Shown here: positions 51,732 through 64,000 of the stretch, in pieces
Position numbering within the stretch: position 1 is the stretch's first letter
Layout of the letters: each line of letters opens with the position of its first letter
Origin: Bigelowiella natans CCMP2755
Taxonomy: Eukaryota > Protista > Cercozoa
NCBI GenBank assembly: GCA_000320545.1
Contig: ADNK01001083.1
Coordinates: 63,683-127,682 of the forward strand
Direction: 5' to 3'
Length of the DNA stretch: 64,000 bases
Notes under the pieces: generated by a model
Seen by the model: only the letters and a program-made list of their open reading frames with translations
Database searches by the model: none
What the model was told of the DNA's origin: nothing
Program-made: the position numbers and the translations under genes

Positions 51732-54640
51732 TCATGGTGAATCATCAACTGGTGCGGCGCTTGCGTGAACGGGCTCCAATGCCCAGATTTCATCGTCCTC
51801 TTCGTCGAGTGCAGCTACAAAATTGAAATTGTCAACATCCCTGTAATCATGATCGAGTAGATGTTGAATCTGTGCGTCATTATTGAGAAGGTCTGAAAGA
51901 ATTAGTTTCTTGGAGTCCCCCAGCCTGTAACCCCTATATTTCCTAGCGTAGCCTATGCAGCAGCATGAACGAGCTAGGCAACCAAGGCTGTTTTCGTTTG
52001 TTTTCAGGCGAAGATGATGTTTGAACAAATCTGAGGTTTGAGGAAGGGCAGCAGCGACTTGCGTAATGGACACCTAATTTCGTATTCACAAGCTCCAGTT
52101 ATATTTGAATACTGTTATAGCGAATTCAATTTATTCTAAATTCCTGTTGCATTCTGAGGAAATGATCATATCCCTATTATTTTTTTCAAGTGATTCACCG
52201 GCAATCCATGCTTGAACCAGGATTTCCATCGATTTGCAAAAGCCTCCCGCTCGCTCTGGAAGCTGATCATTTTGCGGAGTAGAAGCTTCATTGGATCCAG
52301 TATTAGGAGCGAGATACCTATGTAAAGAATTTGTTTAAAGTTTGCTTAGATATTCATTGACTTATCAATATATATTCCAAAAAGCTACGATTCCTTTGAT
52401 AAAGGGATTAGTCACTTGAAAGTCTATTCTCAGCATATTTAGGACGAATTCTTCACATTCCTTGCTATTGTTGGCAGAAAAACAAACTTTAAATAAATTT
52501 TAAGGAATACCGAAGCCAAACAACCAGACGAAGAGGAACTCAAGAGCTCCGAATTCGTACACGTAATATGCTCCGGCCGCGAAGAAAACCAAGGTTGCCA
52601 GAAGAAATATACTCACAATTAACTTGCCGAACCCCTTCATCATCTTCACACCATGTATTAAGAGGGGGGTGGGGAGGACATGACTATCAATGCATGATTA
52701 GGGGGAATCACTCTCTTATACAATTTAAATTTTTATGTTCTTCACCGCTCTTGCAACTCTATTTTGACAGCATCCTGCTTCGAGGAGAAGGCGCTGAAAC
52801 TCCTGATAAACTATCCCGACGACAGCAACGACGATGGTCTTCAATAAGACCTGGAAGTGTGCATAATATAGACATTTTCGAACTAAGTCAACGAATTAAT
52901 TATCAAACATGGAAATTCGAAGTTCTCTGCTGGGAAAATATGATATAAGGGTAATATGGAGAATGAAAATTGATAAATTAGTTTTAACTGCTACTAACAA
53001 CTAACGTTGATTTCAAAGAACTCCGCGGCCGCCGCAAGGAAGAATATGAAAGAAGTAGTATTCACAAAGACAACTGTCCGGTAAGGGAGCTTGAAAGGAT
53101 GCTTCTCGTGAGCTGCGAAGAAAGACAGGAGTTCGCTCTCCTTAACAAATATGTAGCTTTTTGTCAAAAAGTATACAAGATACATATATTGGCAATACCT
53201 GTAAGAGATGAGCAAAGAAGCAGTTCCTACGACAAATACACAAACAGTCATAAACTATTGATATATGTCCTGTTGTAGCTGAACATTTGTATTGGTTTAT
53301 ACAAGTACCAAAAAGTCCCGTCCGTATCCGGCAAGCCGTATGCGCTCTGTTTTGCTAAGAGGTCGAACTTCAAACTCTTCAAAATATATCTAAACAGTAC
53401 AAATGAAAGAACAATGTAGAAGGATTAATATCGATTAGAAAACTGTCTTCGGTCAGTGTGAAGGACAACAATCCTCATTTTTTTACGTTAAAAGTAAGAT
53501 GATCTTGTTTTGGTAGAATATGGACATCTCATTCGAAAATGTGTACGTCTAATATATCTAAAACTTAATGGTAATCAATTTCTGAATACTTTTCCCTGAG
53601 GCCTTTTCGCATCCTATTCTGCTTCTTCTCCGTCTTAGATAGTTTCTGCAAAAGTGATTTGCGTAAGTTGGTAGTAACCTTGCCAGCATGGATACTTCAC
53701 TTCATGAACGACATTATGTATTTTCTGTACCACCTTTTTTCCATAATCAATGGAGCGTCCCTCTCTTGGTGTGTAGACCTTGGTTGATCTCTGGGATTCC
53801 AGTTCTACTAGATATTAGGTAAACGCGCGTAAACAATCGAAAATTTGCATAGCATTTTACACAAGATAACCAGAGCCAAAACTTCCGCGAGACTTTCTTA
53901 ATCCGGTTGATCCCGTTGTGCTAGCAATGCCAATTGCTCCACTACTTGGATGACCGCTATTTCGGCTTTCCCGCACTGCTCGACGTTTACCAGCCTGTGT
54001 GTTTCCAAAGACATCGTCAATGACGCTTCAAGTGTGCTGTCGCAAACGAGCGATTCTAAAAATCCTTTCAGTGCAAATTACACTTGATACATTCGTAAAA
54101 TTGTACCACTTTTGGTGAATCGGAAAGACTCCCTCCGCTTGGCTTGCGGGGTCCAAACGTTTTTGGCTCGCTTTGGGTCGCGTTTAGAGCAGTCTATGCA
54201 TTTAGATATTATACATGAGGAAGCAATATTGTAAAGATATTTTGTCCACCTTGCTTGGAGAATTATCGTTGGAGTGGTTCTTTATTCCAGTCGGTGTTTT
54301 CACGTCATTGGCCAGCATAATTTGCTCTGATCTCAAGCTGTGGTTGAGAGATACCTCGCCCAATGCCTCCTTCTGGCGACTGCGCTCGCTCGCTTCGAAA
54401 ATCTCTTCAATGGACGGAAAAGTTCAACGAATCAGGGCAGCGGCGACATCTATTAAACGATTGTACATACCTGTATCGGCATTCGTGAGTCTCATGGAGC
54501 TCTTGCTTTCTTCCACCGCCGAAGCCATCGATGGTCCATACTCTAATTTGGATGGTGTATGAGTTAGGATTAATTCTTTGCTCCAGGTCAAAGAGAGAAT
54601 GCTATGAATCACGTTTCACGGGCTCAGGTTTCTTGGCCAT
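51732..54640 (-). CDS. Multi-exon, multi-pass membrane protein of unknown function; 5' end approximate
   Basis: Splice-bounded exons: a Ser/Lys-rich N-terminus (EIFEASERSRQKEALGEV..., TALNATQSEPK...), then hydrophobic exons TVVFVNTTSFIFFLAAAAEFF, VLLKTIVVAVVGIVY, FGKLIVSIFLLATLVFFAAGAYY and GISLLILDPMKLLL, then terminal exon ORF 51732-52073. Confidence 0.6.
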
Positions 54641-55392
54641 CCTGACAAACTAGAATCTTCCCTGGTTGTCCTCGCAGGCCCGGATTGAATTTTGAGTTCA
54701 CAGTGACGAACTTGGATTCGGAAGACCTCGGACACATGGGGTTTGGACAACACGACGAGTGATGAGGACGCGTCGCACAGAGAAGGGTGAGAATTGGTAC
54801 TCAAGCTCATGCCTCGATTTGCAAGCAAACTTATGCCTCTAATTTAGTGCCACGGTAAAATACAGTGCGAACTATACATGCGACATGTCTAAATTCATAA
54901 ATGGGTGATAAATGGTCGGCGTTTTAGCTCAGAAGGTCGGAAGATTTTGGATTTTCGGATGGTGTGTGATTTGGGTAGTCATCCGTGGTAAAAATAGGGC
55001 ACATTTTAGGATGCGACATAGATTTTCTCTGATCCCAATTTGCCAAAAAGTCAACGAATATATGTCATAAATTCAGGCCATTTCTTATCTGTGACCGCAG
55101 TTTTGTAACGTCAGTCTCTAAGCACTTGTAACGCCGCAAAGCATGTCGTCTCTGACGTAATACAGAACTCGATAGATGTTTATGGGGTAGTAAATGGTCT
55201 AAAGAAACTTGTTCAAAAGCAATATTTTTATAGAACAAATTGTCTATGAATAAGAAAGTAATGTTATGGTATTTTATTGGATATTTTAGGATAGCCAGTA
55301 GAAAGGATTCCTGAGACTCGTCGCCCCCATCCCTCAATCAACGCCATTCGTTTACGACAGCGTGTTATAAGGGCCGACTTTGCTCACAGGGA

Positions 55393-56045
55393 ATGCTAGC
55401 ATTCCAATCCATGAACGGTGCTGGTTCAGCATGGGGTTCTGTACTTACGGCGCTGCTTTGTTTTTTTGCACAATTACCACTTGTGAGTGGAAACGAGCAG
55501 TGCAACATGCTGTGGGTGTTGGGGGGGATGACAGATGACTTTGAGACCATCCGAAGCGTTCGACATCGTAAAGGTCGATCACTAAATCAAACGTGGCTTT
55601 ATGATCCGATTGCCAAACAGTGGAAGGAAGGCCCGACGATTGAGGTAGAAACTACATAGACAGCATGAAAATCATAACTCGAAGTGTTAATTGCTGTGAG
55701 TTTCATGAGCGTGTATACTTATCATTCGACCGCCCGATCCTTCATCTCTTTTTTTACATTTAAAAAAGGGGGGCACCTTCGGAGCTGCGGGTGCTGTGAT
55801 CGGAGGCTCGCTTTACATGGTGGGAGGGCGTAATGACTCGGAACACAACGCAGAATATACCCGTACAATCTCCCGATTTTCTGCCAAAGGATACTATGTT
55901 CATGAAGTAGGAAAATTGTGTTCCAACATGAGCGGAGAAAACATTGGAGATGCCTGGTGATAACATTTAAGAAAATACGGAGATGTTAGGATATTGGTGT
56001 GTCGTCACGAGTTAATGTGTGTGTGTGGGGGTGTAAGTGTAAATA

Positions 56046-56086
<41 letters not shown>

Positions 56087-56107
56087 ATTAAAGCTACATA
56101 TATATAA

Positions 56108-56170
<63 letters not shown>

Positions 56171-58362
56171 ATGACTATGAAAGGTACATTCATCCCGATA
56201 CACAGTCTCCAACAACACAGCGGCCAACAACAACCGCCCCAGTCGCAGAAGCTGTCACATATGCTCCTACATCCTCCCCAACAATGTCTCCAACACGTCC
56301 CAGAGCCATGAATCTTGCTTTAGGTAAACCAACAGAGCAGAGTGACACGTATCCAGGAAACGGCGGCGTATCATCGAGAGCTGTCGATGGCAACGTAAAT
56401 CCTGATTGGGGTGGATCTTCCTGTACGCACACCCACGTCATCGATCCATCTTGGTGGCGAGTTAATCTCACTGCTGTACACCCTATTGCTGTTGTTCGTA
56501 TCTTGAATCGAAGAGATTGTTGCTGGGATCGTCTACAGTTCTTCGAGGTGAGAATTAGCAACAGCTCTGCGCAAAATGCGAGTTACCATACTTGCAATCC
56601 AGGGGGATACCCTTACGACATCCCTGCGGGAGGCTGGGCTGAGGTTACTTGCGGTGGAGTCGCAGGTGAGCTCGTGACTATCGTAAAGCCTCAATTCAAC
56701 GGAGCGTTAACACTCTGCGAGGTCGAGGTTTATAACACTTCGGCGGCATCGTTGACGGTGCACCCAACCGTCTGCCCAACAACGCTCGCTCCCTCCACTC
56801 GCATACCAACGACCGGAATGCCCACCACGTTGTCCCCGATAACACTTTCACCGACAACAATCGATTCATTGTCGCCATTCATCGTGTCCGAAGATCAATG
56901 CCGTCGGGGTTGCGATGATAACCCCTTGTGTAAGCTCTACCTCTGGAGGAACGACGACTATGCTGCGCACTGCATTCACTACTCAAATTGCACGGCAATA
57001 TTAGACTACACAAATACAAGCCATCCCATCACCAATGATCCAAGAAGCTCGGTGAAGCTATACAAGAAGGTCGGCAACGGATGGAAAAGCCTCGCGGACA
57101 TGAGTACACCACCTGCAGACTATCAATGCGGAGCAGGTGATAGAGGAGGGGCCATGTTTCCAAAGTTTTCCAAAAAAATCCAACACACTAGTGACTAAAA
57201 TTGACTGAGTTGGCATGAAAGCATATTTCCCCCTCTGTATTCAGGACGCTATCGCCACGCGGCTGTCGCCATTGGACATGACCTATATGTTATCGGAGGG
57301 ACGTGTCTTGTAGGCCCTATCACATACGGCCTCAGAAACCTCAAATCGATGATAGTTTACAGGTAATTTGGAAGAAGAAGAAGAAGTAGACATCGAGATA
57401 CAAATAATGTGTGTTTATGAAATGCAATAATTCACAAATACATAAAATAAGCGTATATACGATGAACTCAACGGGATAAATTTAGAATGGTAATTAAGTA
57501 TCTCTCTCTCTCTCTCTCTCTCCCTCTCTGTGTGTGTGTGGGTTGGCAAGAATAATTGAAAACATAATATACCCATGCTGTTACAGTGCGGCGAATGGAA
57601 CATGGTCTGATTCCGTTGCCATGCCCGAAGCTCGGGCAGAAATGGCTGTTGCAGTCGTCAATCAAAGAATATATGTTATGGGTGGAAACTCTGATGGTCT
57701 GACAGTGAACGGTCTTCAGACATCTCTTATCTACGACACCACAACAAAAGCATGGTCCACAGGACCGAATCTCGATCGAGAACGCTTCAGTGCAGCAGCG
57801 GTATGTGTTCTGCTCTCGTAAGACACTGGTTTCTGATTGCTTTTCGTGCTAAATGTAATGAAATCTATGCCGTCCCCCGTAGGTTGAGTTGTATGGCTAC
57901 ATATACCTAATTGGAGGCCGGGGTGGTACCAATGCATACACCTGGGAAGGGACTTTAGATTCGATGATCGTCATTAACCCTGGCACCAATACTTATACAA
58001 CGGGAACGCCGATGCTGAAACGTCGTTGCCAGCATTCTGCAGCTTCTGTGGCAGGGAAAATCTACGTTATTGGGGGGTATTTATGCCTAAATTTCGTTTT
58101 ATGTCAGTAGCTGTAGAGTTCGTTTGAATTCGTGAAAGAACTCATATAAGCTTAGTTACTTCATAGAGTAATAATTTATATTTTCATCATTCTTATTTTC
58201 ATTAGGTATGAAGAGGATTCAGTGGAGGTATATGATCCTCTTTCATTAACCTGGGCATTCCTACCTCCACTTCCTTCGGGTGTAGTCACTCTCAGCGTGG
58301 CGATCTCCTTCCCAACCTCAATTGCTAACGCAACTAACACCTGCCCTTTCACGCTTCCATAG
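55393..58362 (+). CDS. Secreted Kelch beta-propeller protein with inserted F-type (fucolectin/FTP) lectin, mucin-like stalks and a PAN/apple-like Cys module
   Basis: Signal peptide ...WGSVLTALLCFFAQLPLVSG. Kelch blades LWVLGG, LYMVGG, RYRHAAVAIGHDLYVIGG, RIYVMGG, YIYLIGG and KIYVIGG. FTP domain NLALGKPTEQS..AVDG..CTHT...WWRVNL...NRRDCCWDRL...LTLCEVEVY. Confidence 0.88.
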
Positions 58363-58399
58363 ATTGCACACGCATTCTAAAGGAAGCCATGCGTAATTT

Positions 58400-59470
58400 A
58401 TTTCGAGGAGATGTGCACCACCTGCACATGTCGGCAGGTGTTGACAATCATCGTTATTTGTCATTGTTATCGTGTGATGCAATGTCTCATTTTGAAAGAA
58501 ACATCTAATCAAATGCATGCGCATGATTTCATGCCATTGCGATGGTGTCTAGAAGTGCGCCTACATGTAGCTAGATGGCTAGCTTGTTCAGTTTGGGGGA
58601 AGCTTTATTGTCATTAAAACCAATTCCGTTTCCCTTATCGATATCCTTTTATTCTCCTGGCCGACTTGTTCGTACAGGCGCCGCCCATGTGGTTCATGCT
58701 AGCATGTCGTACATCACACATCATCATGCCGCACCCACGTAGCCGCAGGATTTGTCTAGTCATGTCTCGCTCTGCGCATGCTGTGCATGATGATGTCTGC
58801 ACACTAAGCTTACAATATGGACATGCGTATACATCATGTGCATCACATGTCTACAATTACAGACATACAATACGACGCACATGACACACATCACATTGCT
58901 GTGTCTGTTGCAAGATGCTCATCATGGACATGCAATGCGATGCACATGACACGTATCACATTACTGTGTCCATTATCACAGTACTCATTTGGCGAACAAT
59001 CTAGACAATGACATGACAGCTGTGGGCATTCGTGCACACATGGCTAGACATGCTGTTGTCGATCACACATGCTAGCTAGCTAGCATCGCATGCGTGCATC
59101 GCATGTGTGTGCTCGATCACACATGTCCAGATGTGCACGTCTAGTAATCATAGTAGACGCAGGCACACGTACGCACATGTGATCGATGCGCACGCACACA
59201 GGGACATGTGTCCCTCTAGCCCTACTTTGCATTGATTGTCGATCACACATCAATTTTCAGACGTCCGTCTGTGTGCATGATCGTTTTGCAGTCGCATGGG
59301 TGCATGCCTCAATCAGCGCGCGTGCATTGGAGCAATCGCGCATCGTGCAGCTTCGTTTTCCCGCTTCGCCTGACAAGTCCTGGGTCGATCGCTGACAGCG
59401 GACTACTTGACCATCCGTGTCTCCATCGCCTGCCTGCATGTTCAATCCATGCATTTGCTTTGCCATGCAC
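58400..59470. other. About 1 kb CATG/TGCA/CTAG/GATC-dense intergenic tract
   Basis: For example GCTAGCTAGCTAGCATCGCATGCGTGCATCGCATG, GATCGATGCGCACGCAC, and repeated GATCACACAT units. Confidence 0.6.
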
Positions 59471-59947
59471 GCAAAATTCAACCCAGTGATTCCAACATTG
59501 CGACAATTTCCTGTGCAAGGAAAACCCAACTTGGACTCTGGCCTTAGCCTGTTTCGAGTGACATCTTTCTTCGAAAGTAGTCTGGATGGATTATGCAAAA
59601 TGTCTTCATTCATTGATTAAATGACTGACATTCTTTGTCTAATCACGAGTAATTCCCACCTAGACTGCTGGAAAGCCGAACGGCCCAATACAGCATTTGA
59701 GTAAGTTCCGCCAGTCCTTCTCCCGGATACATGTACACTTAAACGACTCTTACACCATGATTTTATCTACGACATCATATTTTTGTTCCATATCGGGATA
59801 AATCCGCTTGTTTTCCTCCAATATCATTCTCTCCTTTGCCCAAGTTTAGTCTGACTGTAGATTCCCCTCCAGAAAGTCCCCCACCTTCAGGAATAGCTAG
59901 CTGGACGCACGCGCACACACACACACACACAAACACACACCTACTGG

Positions 59948-61748
59948 TTGATGGGCTTCTCGCCATCCTTAACCGTGGCTATCACCGTGGCAGTGTTTCT
60001 CACTGTCGCAGATGCCTCGGTGTCTTCTCGATCGTTGGTGAAAGTCTCCCCACTTTCGATCTCCCAGCGACAACCATTACATGTTCGTCGCCAGGCTATT
60101 ACAGAGTACACGTGGGAGCCTAAGCCATTGCTGCATACCGGCCGGTGGCATCGAACAGACGAGAAACGAAGAGAAGGGTGGATAGTTGAAACTATGGCCT
60201 CGGCCATGGAAATGAAGCCGGACGGTGTACCATCGATCAAGCCGAGGGAAACGCCGTAATAATATCTATTTTTTCCCGTTCTCCAACCCCCCATCGATCG
60301 AACGAAGGATAATCAAAAGTTTTATTTCATCTTCTTCGTACTATTTTTATAACCACTTTAGACTGCCGAAGAAACAGATGATAGCTGTTTATGCGGCGCA
60401 AGTGTGCGAGGCATTGCAGGTGTCCACACACGCATGTTATGACGACACAAAATCCTCCCTCATCACCGAGATCGTTGCATCACTTTCGGATCTTGAATCA
60501 TATCTTGTATGTGTGTGTGTGTGTGTGTGTGTTAAAGTGGAGGCACAATTTTTAACACAAGTAGCCTTCTCCAAACGTAATATTCTGCATTCCCCATCCT
60601 CATCGTGCAGATCACGTTCTTGTATCCTTTCTTGGTGAATATGGTGGAGGATTTCCGGGTAGCCAAGACAACGATAGAGGTGATCTTTGTTCTGGCATTC
60701 GCATAAACTGCATTTACAATAATATCCATACGACGATAAAGAGTTAACTAAGTTAGGCCATCGATAAAAGTAGATGATAGGATACCAAATCGTAATCCTG
60801 CATAATTCCACATCACGGCATGATGATCGGCTCAACAACACTCATTTGTGTCGTTTGTCTTGCTACCCCCTCCCTCGCTGCAGGTCTCAAAATATGTCGG
60901 AGCATTAGGTTTGTGCTAAGCGCCTATTTCTCCCAACATTACACAGTCGCGAACAATTGCTGGAACAAAGATTCTATTTTTGCATAAGATTATTCAACGG
61001 ACTACTCATATACGGATAACTTTTCTCCTGTAGTATAGCCATCCGACATGTCGTGAAAACCATCAATTCCTTCGTGTTTAATCGTGCGCATATTACTTGG
61101 CCAATGTAGGTGTAAGCATGCATGATTTAAGCTCATTGTTCACCGCTGAAACTTGTGTAATTATCGCTTTTGTAGGAGCCAGCTTCTCGGCCGCTCAGGT
61201 GCTTATACTGCCAAAGTTTGAACTCCGCCTTCTGCGGTTCTTTGGTTACTTAATAATGATTCGATTGGCTTACGAAAAGCTTGAGGGCATTGTGGGGTGT
61301 GATAGGAGCTCATTGCACAGCGTGTTATGTTCTCTCGTCTCACCCAGTCGAGAAAAACGTCCATTCAACGTGTAACATGTTATGGGATGAGCGCCGGGGG
61401 GGCAGTGGGGAGGGAGGGGCAACGGAGATGATGCAGACCGTGTGATATGGAGTCTTATTTGTTACTATTTACTCTAATTCTATCTTGTGAGAGAATCGAG
61501 AATAATCCGAATTTCTCATCATTCTTTGACAGGCTTGAAACCTTATATTTTGCTTGTAAATACGCATATACAGCTCTTCAGCTCGTTCCTTTGGGGTAGG
61601 CTATCAGATAAAATTGGGAGGAAAAAGTCGATTATAATCGGCATTTCAGGGACGATTCTAAGGTTTAACTGAATATAAGAAAAATTTGATGGCACTAATC
61701 AAAAGGAATAACTTCGCTTTATTTTACGTCGTAAGGGACAATGGTGCA

Positions 61749-61821
<73 letters not shown>

Positions 61822-62293
61822 ATTATACACATACTACACTATACTGATGAGCTGATAATCCTCGCATTATGATATTACTCAGCTTGGTGATGTTCGGCAC
61901 AGCTAGCACCTTCCAAGGCGCTCTTCTGGGTGAGACGAAGCTATTCTCACTGATATTTATGGAATAAGTGTAAGCTTATATGCTTTGGTGTGTTGGCAAT
62001 TTGGTTGATGGTTTGCCAGCGCGGATTTTCTGTGGACTGACCAACGGGAATATAGGCGTGTTGAAGTCGTTTGTCACGGAGATCACCGATGGTGAGGCCA
62101 CCAAACTATCTTGATATTAGATTCTTATTAGGAAGTTTCGCCGATGATTTAAATGCGAGGAAGTGCTGTGAGGCAAGATATGAAGGATTTTTTTGTCCAG
62201 TCCTGCAGTAGAAAGGAACTCATCGACGTTTGAAGCACAAAGATTTCGTTCAACAGCAGTCTTAGTGTCAAGGAATATCTTGGCCTCTCTCTC

Positions 62294-62334
<41 letters not shown>

Positions 62335-62859
62335 CTTCTCTCATCCAGAGTGCATTCTGTATACCATTAGGCACCAACAGAGTAAAGGCTTTCGCATACA
62401 TCTCTATTGCTTGGGGTAGCAGCAGTAGCAATAGTAGTAGTTGTAGTTATATGTTCTCCTTCAAAACAACTGGCATTGAATAGAAGCTGTATAGTTCCGG
62501 AGATTTCGTATTCAAGTTCTGCATTGCGGGAGTGCTTAAACTCTGTTTTCCCTGTCGTGTGTACGTGGGGGACTTTCCCCAAGCACATGTCGATGCTGCA
62601 CTAACACCTTTAATTGCGTGTCTCTGGAAATTTGCACACGAGGTTTTTATGCCTAACCGCAGAGCGGTATACTTCATTTGTTTATGATTCGATTGAACAG
62701 TTAAAACCATGTCATGTTCCCCTCGTCGTCGTTCACTTAAAATGATAGTTTATAAATAATGCAGGAATTGGGGCTATTTTGGGACCTTTAATAGGTGTTT
62801 CGCATCTTTCCGCAGAGCACTCTTTTAGCTGCACACAAGCCTGGCTATCATAAGAAACT

Positions 62860-62891
<32 letters not shown>

Positions 62892-63081
62892 TCTTCCTAG
62901 GAAGATGAAAGCAGGATAGATTTGTATATAAAGTTGAACAAATTGCAATCCCCATTATCATCTTGCCTGCATTCCTCAATATGTGTTGATAATTTATGTC
63001 TGTAGCCTCAATATATGACTATGATTCAGGGGGCTATCTCTCGAATCCTGTTACAGCTTTTCCTACGCTATTCGGTCCGCC

Positions 63082-63134
<53 letters not shown>

Positions 63135-63309
63135 CTTTCCCTTCACGTTTCTTTCTTGTTATTTTTCAGCCGACATTTGTGTTAAGAGGGACTCTTTGCT
63201 TTCTCTATCATATATGAATCATCATTTTTGTTTTCAAAGATTTTGCGACGCCGCAGCGCAATCAAGCAATATGTACGAATGCACACGCAAACAAACAAAC
63301 ACATGATAT

Positions 63310-63368
<59 letters not shown>

Positions 63369-64000
63369 TTACCATAGGCGGTTTTGGGTTATTCCGGCAA
63401 AGTCCATACTTGCTGCCCTGTATAGTCACCATTGGGTTCCAAGTATGTTTATTATTAACATAATCATTATCATTCTATGTGTATTATTAATATTATCATT
63501 ATCATTCTATGTATATCATTAATATTACCATTATCATTCTATGTATATTATTCATATTATCATTATCATTCTTTGTGCTTTTCGGGATAGAATCTATAGC
63601 AGCTAGTACACGCCATAGAATCTCTCCTCTCCCTGATTAAACGCAAGCAGCATAGAAACAAGTAATCCTTTCTCATTAGTCTCTGCTGCACCCCTCCCCT
63701 GCCCTCCCCTCTCCTTCCTCCCATTACGAAATGGCAGTCCGTCTCCCTTGCCGTCGTGTCCATGCTAATGAAAGACCCCGGCAGCAATGATAGCCAACAT
63801 CCAATGAGAGTGGATGATGCAAAGATCCTCGCTGCTGCCTCTGCTGTGTCAAAGTAACAACGGACCTCACAATCATTATTGTATTCGTATTCCTTCGCCT
63901 ATCTCACACCAATTTGACCTCCTTCTTCTTCTCTCTTCTCTCTACTCTCTTCTCTCTTTGGTGATAAATTTGGAGGAAACTACCAAGATCCTCTCACTCA
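59948..64000 (+). CDS. Major facilitator superfamily transporter (ZIFL1/tetracycline-efflux-like); 3' end beyond window; true start uncertain
   Basis: RETP|LPKKQMIAVYAAQVCEALQ|ITFLYPFL, VSKYVGAL|GASFSAAQ|LFSSFLWGRLSDKIGRKK (MFS motif A, ~61600), GLTNGNIGVLKSFVTEITD (~62040), KAFAYISIAWG, LGAILGPLIG and GGYLSNP. Confidence 0.88.
63451..63572 (+). repeat. Intronic minisatellite, 32-bp unit x about 3.8
   Basis: Units ATTATTAACATAATCATTATCATTCTATGTGT / ATTATTAATATTATCATTATCATTCTATGTAT / ATCATTAATATTACCATTATCATTCTATGTAT / partial fourth. Confidence 0.85.

Noticed and set aside
54215-54562. 115-aa plus-strand ORF
   Set aside because: Antisense shadow of a minus-strand exon of the membrane-protein gene.
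52000-54600. AT-rich, microsatellite-free block first suspected to be a LINE or other retroelement
   Set aside because: No RT YxDD, endonuclease, integrase or terminal-repeat signal; it parses instead as a spliced membrane-protein gene.
63451-63572. 32-bp repeat considered as a CRISPR-like array
   Set aside because: The units are head-to-tail with no spacers, lie in a eukaryotic intron, and there are no cas genes. It is an ordinary minisatellite.

Overview
Eukaryotic nuclear DNA: intron-rich, standard genetic code, GT-AG introns often swollen with (TA)n, (CA)n, (AG)n and trinucleotide microsatellites. The style suggests a protist, possibly a chlorarachniophyte, but that is inference only. 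Most ORFs in the supplied track are exon fragments, antisense shadows or microsatellite artefacts, so I spliced genes by hand. About 14 genes, in order: histidine acid phosphatase (-, partial), D-glutamate cyclase (+), Yippee-like zinc domain fused to a serine beta-lactamase-family hydrolase (-), a myristoylated/palmitoylated roadblock-like protein (+), LZTR1-like Kelch-BTB-BTB (-), ankyrin protein (+), M28 glutamate carboxypeptidase II-like with a C-terminal membrane anchor (-), SNM1/PSO2 nuclease (+), PTC7-type phosphatase (-), a probably broken ankyrin gene (+), a 7TM gustatory-receptor-like (7TMIC) gene with one in-frame TGA (-), an unknown multi-pass membrane protein (-), a secreted Kelch/F-type lectin mosaic (+), and a ZIFL-like MFS transporter (+, partial). 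The first 11 genes alternate strand strictly, and each tail-to-tail gap holds a tract dense in short palindromes (CTAG, CATG, TGCA, ACGT). The best leads are the GR-like channel gene, the Yippee-lactamase fusion, the spacer architecture and the nested lectin/Kelch protein. All family assignments come from motif recognition by eye; no database search was run. Gene ends flagged as approximate are uncertain.
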